Shown in pieces: positions 1 through 8,618 of a DNA stretch of 18,317 nt (the first letter of the stretch is position 1; each line of letters begins with the position of its first letter). The notes beneath the pieces are model-generated. The model worked only from the letters and a program-made list of their open reading frames with translations, was not told the DNA's origin and ran no database searches. A program made the translations under genes and the position numbers. This DNA comes from Utricularia gibba (taxonomy: Eukaryota; Plantae; Magnoliophyta). The stretch covers positions 1-18,317 of the forward strand of contig NEEC01000481.1 in assembly GCA_002189035.1 (NCBI GenBank), given 5' to 3'.

Positions 1-155
1 TTCATCCGGACCCAAGGTTCGGTTCGACTCCTGAGCCCAATGGGGTCCTATTCGACGAAAATCGTGATGCATTTTTGAAGTTAGGATGTCATGAGCACCC
101 AAATGGTTTTCTGTCCACAAGCTTTATATTTGAGGAGGCGCTCTCGAGGGGCACT
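1..155 (+). repeat. Subunit A of the monomer (~155 bp half)
   Basis: Aligns to 156-311 at an offset of about 155. ATGGTTT is at 103 vs 258 and AAGCTT at 119 vs 274. Segment 53-90 vs 206-244 matches at 28 of 39 columns. Confidence 0.85.
21..31 (+). promoter_or_regulatory. RNA polymerase III B-box-like motif GGTTCGACTCC (one per monomer; representative copy)
   Basis: Exact match to the tRNA B-box consensus GGTTCGANTCC. By my count the full 11-mer is present in about 46 of 60 monomers and GTTCGACTCC in about 57. Function is not demonstrated. Confidence 0.35.
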
Positions 156-311
156 AGGATCGGGCCGGAGGTCGGTCGGGCTCGGCCCCATAGTCATTTG
201 TAGCCCGGCAAAAAAAGTGATCCATTTATTAACGTTGGGTTTTCGGCAGCTGCCTACATGGTTTGTGAAGGAAAAGCTTGTCGTTTTTGGGTGGGTGCTT
301 TCGTTGGGAAG
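156..311 (+). repeat. Subunit B of the monomer (~156 bp half), diverged paralogue of subunit A
   Basis: See subunit A. GCTCTCGAGGGG (140-151) also aligns with GCTTTCGTTGGG (297-308). Overall identity is about 60% by hand alignment. Confidence 0.85.
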
Positions 312-3300
312 TTCATCCGGACCCAAGGTTCTGTTCGACTCCTGAGCCCAATGGGGTCCTATTCGACGAAAATCGTGATGCATTTTTTGAAGTTAGGATG
401 TCATGAGCACCCCAAATGGTTTTCTTGTCCACAAGCTTTATATTTGAGGAGGCGCTCTCGAGGGGCACCAGGATCGGGCCGGAGGTCAGGTCGGGCTCGG
501 CCCCATAGTCATTTGTAGCCCGGCAAAAAATGTGATCCATTTATTAACGTTGGGTTTTCGGCAGCTGCCTACATGGTTTGTGAAGGAAAAGCTTGTCGTT
601 TTTGGGTGGGTGCTGTTGTTGGAATTCGTCCGGACCCAAGGTTCGGTTCGACTCCTGAGCCCAATCGGGTCCTATTCGACGAAAATCGTGATGCATTTTT
701 GAAGTTAGGATGTCATGAGCACCCCAAATGGTTTTCTCAACCACATGCTTTTTATTTGAGGAGGCGCTCTCGAGGGGCACTAGGATCGGCCGGAGGTCAA
801 TCGGCTCGGGCCCATAGTCATTTGTAGCCCGGCAAAAAAAGTGATCCATTTATTAACGTTGGGTTTTCGGCAGCTGCCTACATGGTTTCTGAAGGAAAAG
901 CTTGTCGTTTTTGGGTGGGTGCTTTCGTTGGGAATTCATCCGGACCCAAGGTTCGGTTCGACTCCTGAGCCCAATGGGGTCCTATTCGACGAAAATCGTG
1001 ATGCATTTTTTGAAGTTAGGATGTCATGAGCACCCCAAATGGTTTTCTTGTCCACAAGCTTTATATTTGAGGAGGCGCTCTCGAGGGGCACTAGGATCGG
1101 GCCGGAGGTCGGTCGGGCTCGGCCCCATAGTCATTTGTAGCCCGGCAAAAAATGATCCATTTATTAACGTTGGGTTTTCGGCAGCTGCCTACATGGTTTC
1201 TGAAGGAAAAGCTTGTCGTTTTTGGGTGGGTGCTTTCGTTGGGAAGTTCATCCGGACCCAAGGTTCGGTTCGACTCCTGAGCCCAATGGGGGTCCTATTC
1301 GACGAAAATCGTGATGCATTTTTTTGAAGTTAGGATGTCATGAGCACCCCAAATGGTTTTCTTGTCCACAAGCTTTATATTTGAGGAGGCGCTCTCGAGG
1401 GGCACCAGGATCGGGCCGGAGGTCGGTCGGGCTCGGCCCATAGTCATTTGTAGCCCGGCAAAAAAGTGATCCATTTATTAACGTTGGGTTTTCGGCAGCT
1501 GCCTACATGGTTTCTGAAGGAAAAGCTTGTCGTTTTTGGGTGGGTGCTTTTGGGAAATTCGTCCGGACCCAAGGTTCGGTTCGACTCCTGAGCCCAATCG
1601 GGTCCTATTCGACGAAAATCGTGATGCATTTTTTTGAAGTTAGGATGTCATGAGCACCCCAAATGGTTTTCTCAACCACATGCTTTATATTTGAGGAGGC
1701 GCTCTCGAGGGGCACTAGGATCGGGCCGGAGGTCGGTCGGGCTCGGGCCCATAGTCATTTGTAGCCCGGCAAAAAAAGTGATCCATTTATTAACGTTGGG
1801 TTTTCGGCAGCTGCCTACATGGTTTCTGAAGGAAAAGCTTGTCGTTTTTGGGTGGGTGCTTTTGTTGGGAATTCATCCGGACCCAAGGTTCGGTTCGACT
1901 CCTGAGCCCAATCGGGTCCTATTCGACGAAAATCGTGATGCATTTTTGAAGTTAGGATGTCATGAGCACCCCAAATGGTTTTCTCCACAAGCTTTATATT
2001 TGAGGAGGCGCTCTCGAGGGGCACCAGGATCGGGCCGGAGGTCGGTCGGGCTCGGCCCATAGTCATTTGTAGCCCGGCAAAAAAAGTGATCCATTTATTA
2101 ACGTTGGGTTTTCGGCAGCTGCCTACATGGTTTCTGAAGGAAAAGCTTGTCGTTTTTGGGTGGGTGCTTTCGTTGGAAAGTTCATCACCAAGGTTCGGTT
2201 CGACTCCTGAGCCCAATGGGGTCCTATTCGACGAAAATCGTGATGCATTTTTTGAAGTTAGGATGTCATGAGCACCCCAAATGGTTTTCTTCCACAAGCT
2301 TTATATTTGAGGAGGCTCTCGAGGGGCACCAGGATCGGGCCGGAGAGGTCGGGTCGGCTCGGCCCATAGTCATTTGTAGCCCGGCAAAAAAAGTGATCCA
2401 TTTATTAACGTTGGGTTTTCGGCAGCTGCTACATGGTTTCTGAAGGAAAAGCTTGTCGTTTTTGGGTGGGTGCTGTTGGAAATTCGTCCGGACCCAAGGT
2501 TCGGTTCGACTCCTGAGCCCAATCGGGTCCTATTCGACGAAAATCGTGATGCATTTTTTGAAGTTAGGATGTCATGAGCACCCCAAATGGTTTTCTCACC
2601 ACAAGCTTTATATTTGAGGAGGCGCTCTCGAGGGGCACTAGGATCGGGCCGGAGGTCCGGGGCCCATAGTCATTTGTAGCCCGGCAAAAAAAGTGATCCA
2701 TTTATTAACGTTGGGTTTTCGGCAGCTGCCTACATGGTTTTGAAGGAAAAGCTTGTCGTTTTTGGGTGGGTGCTTGTTGGGAATTCGTCCGGACCCAAGG
2801 TTCGGTTCGACTCCTGAGCCCAATGGGGTCCTATTCGACGAAAATCGTGATGCATTTTTTTGAAGTTAGGATGTCATGAGCACCCAAAATGGTTTTCTTG
2901 TCCACAAGCTTTATATTTGAGGAGGCGCTCTCGAGGGGCACTAGGATCGGGCCGGAGGTCGGTCGGGCTCGGGCCCATAGTCATTTGTAGCCCGGCAAAA
3001 AAAGTGATCCATTTATTAACGTTGGGTTTTCGGCACTGCCTACATGTTTTCTGAAGGAAAAGCTTGTCGTTTTTGGGTGGGTGCTTTCGTTGGGAAGTTC
3101 ATCCGGACCCAAGGTTCGTTCGACTCCTGAGCCCAATGGGGTCCTATTCGACGAAAATCGTGATGCATTTTTTGAAGTTAGGATGTCATGAGCACCCCAA
3201 ATGGTTTTCTTGTCCACAAGCTTTATATTTGAGGAGGCGCTCTCGAGGGGCACCAGGATCGGGCCGGAGGTCAGGTCGGGCTCGGCCCATAGTCATTTGT

Positions 3301-6300
3301 AGCCCGGCAAAAAAGTGATCCATTTATTAACGTTGGGTTTTCGGCACCTGCCTACATGGTTTCTGAAGGAAAAGCTTGTCGTTTTTGGGTGGGTGCTTTG
3401 TTGGGAATTCGTCCGGACCCAAGGTTCGGTTCGACTCCTGAGCCCAATCGGGTCCTATTCGACGAAAATCGTGATGCATTTTTTGAAGTTAGGATGTCAT
3501 GAGCACCCCAAATGGTTTTCCACAAGCTTTTATTTGAGGAGGCGCTCTCGAGGGGCACTAGGATCGGGCCGGAGGTCGGGTCGAACTCGGCCCATAGTCA
3601 TTTGTAGCCCGGCAAAAAAAGTGATCCATTTATTAACGTTGGGTTTTCGGCAGCTGCCTACATGGTTTCTGAAGGAAAAGCTTGTCGTTTTTGGGGGGTG
3701 CTTTGTTGGGAATTCATACCCAAGGTTCGGTTCGACTCCTGAGCCCAATCGGGTCCTATTCGACGAAAATCGTGATGCATTTTTTGAAGTTAGGATGTCA
3801 TGAGCACCCCAAATGGTTTTCTCACCACAAGCTTTTTATTTGAGGAGGCGCTCTCGAGGGGCACTAGGATCGGGCCGGAGGTCGGTCGAACTCGGGCCCA
3901 TAGTCATTTGTAGCCCGGCAAAAAAAGTGATCCATTTATTAACGTTGGGTTTTCGGCAGCTGCCTACATGGTTTCTGAAGGAAAAGCTTGTCGTTTTTTG
4001 GGTGGGTGCTTTTGTTGGGAATTCATCCGGACCCAAGGTTCGGTTCGACTCCTGAGCCCAATCGGGTCCTATTCGACGAAAATCGTGATGCATTTTTTTG
4101 AAGTTAGGATGTCATGAGCACCCCAAATGGTTTTCTCCACAAGCTTTTATTTGAGGAGGCGCTCTCGAGGGGCACTAGGATCGGGCCGGAGGTCAGGTCG
4201 GGCTCGGCCCATAGTCATTTGTAGCCCGGCAAAAAAGTGATCCATTTATTAACGTTGGGTTTTCGGCAGCTGCCTACATGTTTCTGAAGGAAAAGCTTGT
4301 CGTTTTTGGGTGGGTGCTTTCGTTGGGAAGTTCATCCGGACCCAAGGTTCGGTTCGACTCCTGAGCCCAATGGGGTCCTATTCGACGAAAATCGTGATGC
4401 ATTTTTTGAAGTTAGGATGTCATGAGCACCCCAAATGGTTTTTGTCCACAAGCTTTATATTTGAGGAGGCGCTCTCGAGGGGCACCAGGATCGGGCCGGA
4501 GGTCAGGTCGGGCTCGGCCCCATAGTCATTTGTAGCCCGGCAAAAAAGTGATCCATTTATTAACGTTGGGTTTTCGGCAGCTGCCTACATGGTTTCTGAA
4601 GGAAAAGCTTGTCGTTTTTGGGTGGGTGCTTTGTTGGAAGTTCGTCCGGACCCAAGGTTCGGTTCGACTCCTGAGCCCAATCGGGTCCTATTCGACGAAA
4701 ATCGTGATGCATTTTTTGAAGTTAGGATGTCATGAGCACCCCAAATGGTTTTCTCCCACTTTATTTTGAGGAGGCGCTCTCGAGGGGCACTAGGATCGGG
4801 CCGGAGGTCGGTCGGGCTCGGGCCCATAGTCATTTGTAGCCCGGCAAAAAAAGTGATCCATTTATTAACGTTGGGTTTTCGGCAGCTGCCTACATGGTTT
4901 CTGAAGGAAAAGCTTGTCGTTTTTGGGTGGGTGCTTTGTTGGGAATTCGTCCGGACCCAAGGTTCGGTTCGACTCCTGAGCCCAATGGGGTCCTATTCGA
5001 CGAAAATCGTGATGCATTTTTGAAGTTAGGATGTCATGAGCACCCCAAATGGTTTTCTGTCCACAAGCTTTATATTTGAGGAGGCGCTCTCGAGGGGCAC
5101 TAGGATCGGCCGGAGGTCGGGTCGGGCTCGGGCCCATAGTCATTTGTAGCCCGGCAAAAAAAGTGATCCATTTATTAACGTTGGGTTTTCGGCCTGCCTA
5201 CATGTTTCTGAAGGAAAAGCTTGTCGTTTTTGGGTGGGTGCTTTTGTTGGGAAGTTCATCCGGACCCAAGGTTCGTTCGACTCCTGAGCCCAATCGGGTC
5301 CTATTCGACGAAAATCGTGATGCATTTTTTGAAGTTAGGATGTCATGAGCACCCCAAATGGTTTTTCTCCACAAGCTTTATATTTGAGGAGGCGCTCTCG
5401 AGGGGCACCAGGATCGGGCCGGAGGTCGGTCGGGCTCGGCCCCATAGTCATTTGTAGCCCGGCAAAAAAGTGATCCATTTATTAACGTTGGGTTTTCGGC
5501 AGCTGCCTACATGGTTTCTGAAGGAAAAGCTTGTCGTTTTTGGTGGGTGCTTTCGTTGGAAGTTCATCCGGACCCAAGGTTCGGTTCGACTCCTGAGCCC
5601 AATCGGGTCCTATTCGACGAAAATCGTGATGCATTTTTTGAAGTTAGGATGTCATGAGCACCCCAAATGGTTTTCTCATCCACAAGCTTTATATTTGAGG
5701 GGCTCTCGAGGGGCACTGATCGGGCCGGAGGTCGGGTCGGGCTCGGCCCATAGTCATTTGTAGCCCGGCAAAAAAAGTGATCCATTTATTAACGTTGGGT
5801 TTTCGGCAGCTGCCTACATGGTTTCTGAAGGAAAAGCTTGTCGTTTTTGGGGGTGCTTTGTTGGGAATTCGTCCGGACCCAAGGTTCGGTTCGACTCCTG
5901 AGCCCAATGGGGTCCTATTCGACGAAAATCGTGATGCATTTTTGAAGTTAGGATGTCATGAGCACCCCAAATGGTTTTCTTGTCCACAAGCTTTATATTT
6001 GAGGAGGCGCTCTCGAGGGGCACTAGGATCGGGCCGGAGGTCGGGTCGGGCTCGGGCCCATAGTCATTTGTAGCCCGGCAAAAAAAGTGATCCATTTATT
6101 AACGTTGGGTTTTCGGCAGCTGCCTACATGGTTTCTGAAGGAAAAGCTTGTCGTTTTTGGGTGGGTGCTTTGTTGGGAAATTCGTCCGGACCCAAGGTTC
6201 GTTCGACTCCTGAGCCCAATCGGGTCCTATTCGACGAAAATCGTGATGCATTTTTTGAAGTTAGGATGTCATGAGCACCCCAAATGGTTTTCTTGTCCAC

Positions 6301-8339
6301 AAGCTTTATATTTGAGGAGGCGCTCTCGAGGGGGCACTAGGATCGGCCGGAGGTCGGGTCGGGCTCGGGCCCATAGTCATTTGTAGCCCGGCAAAAAAAG
6401 TGATCCATTTATTAACGTTGGGTTTTCGGCATGCCTACATGGTTTCTGAAGGAAAAGCTTGTCGTTTTTGGGTGGGTGCTTTCGTTGGGAAGTTCATCCG
6501 GACCCAAGGTTCGTTCGACTCCTGAGCCCAATCGGGTCCTATTCGACGAAAATCGTGATGCATTTTTTGAAGTTAGGATGTCATGAGCACCCCAAATGGT
6601 TTTCTCCACAAGCTTTATATTTGAGGAGGCGCTCTCGAGGGGCACCAGGATCGGGCCGAGGTCAGGTCGGGCTCGGCCCATAGTCATTTGTAGCCCGGCA
6701 AAAAAGTGATCCATTTATTAACGTTGGGTTTTCGGCAGCTGCCTACATGGTTTCTGAAGGAAAAGCTTGTCGTTTTTGGGTGGGTGCTTTGTTGGAAATT
6801 CGTCCGGACCCAAGGTTCGGTTCGACTCCTGAGCCCAATCGGGTCCTATTCGACGAAAATCGTGATGCATTTTTGAAGTTAGGATGTCATGAGCACCCAA
6901 ATGGTTTTCTCAACCACAAGCTTTTATTTGAGGAGGCGCTCTCGAGGGGCACTAGGATCGGCCGGAGGTCAGGTCGATCGGGCCCATAGTCATTTGTAGC
7001 CCGGCAAAAAAAGTGATCCATTTATTAACGTTGGGTTTTCGGCAGCTGCCTACATGGTTTCTGAAGGAAAAGCTTGTCGTTTTTGGGTGGGTGCTTTGTT
7101 GGAACTTCGTCCGGACCCAAGGTTCGGTTCGACTCCTGAGCCCAATCGGGTCCTATTCGACGAAAATCGTGATGCATTTTTTGAAGTTAGGATGTCATGA
7201 GCACCCCAAATGGTTTTCTCAACCACATGCTTTTTATTTGAGGAGGCGCTCTCGAGGGGCACTAGGATCGGCCGGAGGTCGGGTCGAACTCGGCCCATAG
7301 TCATTTGTAGCCCGGCAAAAAATGATCCATTTATTAACGTTGGGTTTTCGGCAGCTGCCTACATGGTTTCTGAAGGAAAAGCTTGTCGTTTTTGGGTGGG
7401 TGCTTTGTTGGGAATTCGTCCGGACCCAAGGTTCGGTTCGACTCCTGAGCCCAATCGGGTCCTATTCGACGAAAATCGTGATGCATTTTTTGAAGTTAGG
7501 ATGTCATGAGCACCCCAAATGGTTTTCTCACCACAAGCTTTTTATTTGAGGAGGCGCTCTCGAGGGCACTAGGATCGGCCGGAGTCTCGAACTCGGGCCC
7601 ATAGTCATTTGTAGCCCGGCAAAAAAAGTGATCCATTTATTAACGTTGGGTTTTCGGCAGCTGCCTACATGGTTTCTGAAGGAAAAAGCTTGTCGTTTTT
7701 GGTGGGTGCTTTGTTGGGAATTCGTCCGGACCCAAGGTTCGTTCGACTCCTGAGCCCAATCGGGTCCTATTCGACGAAATCGTGATGCATTTATTGAAGT
7801 TAGGATGTCATGAGCACCCCAAATGGTTTTCTTCCACAAGCTTTATATTTGAGGAGGCGCTCTCGAGGGGCACTAGGATCGGGCCGGAGGTCGGGTCGGG
7901 CTCGGGCCATAGTCATTTGTAGCCCGGCAAAAAAGTGATCATTTATTAACGTTGGGTTTTCGCAGCTGCCTACATGGTTTCTGAAGGAAAAGCTTGTCGT
8001 TTTTGGGTGGGTGCTTTTTGTTGGGAATTCGTCCGGACCCAAGGTTCGGTTCGACTCCTGAGCCCAATCGGGTCCTATTCGACGAAAATCGTGATGCATT
8101 TTTTGAAGTTAGGATGTCATGAGCACCCCAAATGGTTTTCTTGTCCACAAGCTTTATATTTGAGGAGGCGCTCTCGAGGGGCACTAGGATCGGCCGGAGG
8201 TCGGGTCGAACTCGGGCCCATAGTCATTTGTAGCCCGGCAAAAAAAGTGATCCATTTATTAACGTTGGGTTTTCGGCAGCTGCCTACATGGTTTCTGAAG
8301 GAAAAGCTTGTCGTTTTTGGTGGTGCTTTCATTGGGAAC

Positions 8340-8618
8340 TTCGTCGGACCCAAGGTCCTCCGACGAAAATCGTGATGCATTTTTGAAGTTAGGATGTCAT
8401 GAGCACCCAAATGGTTTTCTCATCCACAAGCTTTATATTTGAGGAGGCGCTCTCGAGGGGCACTAGGATCGGGCCGGAGGTCGGGTCGGGCTCGGGCCCA
8501 TAGTCATTTGTAGCCCGGCAAAAAAAGTGATCCATTTATTAACGTTGGGTTTTCGGCAGCTGCCTACATGGTTTCTGAAGGAAAAGCTTGTCGTTTTTGG
8601 TGGGTGCTTTGTTGGGAA
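8340..8618 (+). repeat. Shortened monomer M28 (279 bp) with a ~30-bp internal deletion
   Basis: Reads CCCAAGGTCCTCCGACG instead of CCCAAGGT-TCGGTTCGACTCCTGAGCCCAATCGGGT-CCTATTCGACG. The junction is near 8356 with GGT microhomology. Confidence 0.8.

Larger units (their letters stand above)
1..311 (+). repeat. Reference monomer M1 (311 bp)
   Basis: Runs from TTCATCCGGACC at 1 to the next TTCATCCGGACC at 312. It carries AAGCTT at 119 and 274, ATGCAT, TCATGA, CTCGAG, CAGCTG, AACGTT and TCCGGA. Confidence 0.97.
1..3712 (+). repeat. Decaying 3-monomer higher-order repeat (~0.93 kb period), M1-M12
   Basis: M2, M5, M8 and M11 all carry ttcAtc + aatGgg + cacCagg. M3, M6, M9 and M12 all carry ttcGtcc + aatCgg + cacTagg. 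The rare allele CAACCACATGC is shared by M3 and M6. Confidence 0.6.

Noticed and set aside
81-85. Telomere-like TTAGG
   Set aside because: A single pentamer per monomer, never tandem.
262-279. Hammerhead ribozyme as in newt satellite 2 or schistosome Sm-alpha (CTGAAGGAAAA resembles CUGANGA/GAAA)
   Set aside because: No exact CTGANGA on either strand, and I could not build helices I-III. An Infernal search with the Rfam hammerhead models would settle it.
153-312. 5S rDNA unit (unit size plausible; ACTAGGAT and TGGGAAGT resemble pieces of plant 5S rRNA)
   Set aside because: Only 8-nt matches. They are ~150 bp apart here but ~11 nt apart in 5S rRNA, and there is no colinear 120-nt gene.
905-980. 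Intact tRNA gene around the B box
   Set aside because: No acceptor-stem, D-stem or anticodon-arm pairing, and the T-stem is imperfect. Kept only as a B-box/Pol III hypothesis.
2168-2179. CENP-B box: TTTCGTTGGAAA matches the first 12 nt of YTTCGTTGGAARCGGGA (also TTTCGTTGGAA at ~5551)
   Set aside because: The essential CGGG half is absent, most copies have GGG rather than GG, and I found no complete TTCGNNNNANNCGGG on either strand. The closest is TTCGACGAAATCGTG in M26/M52, which depends on a likely 1-bp error.
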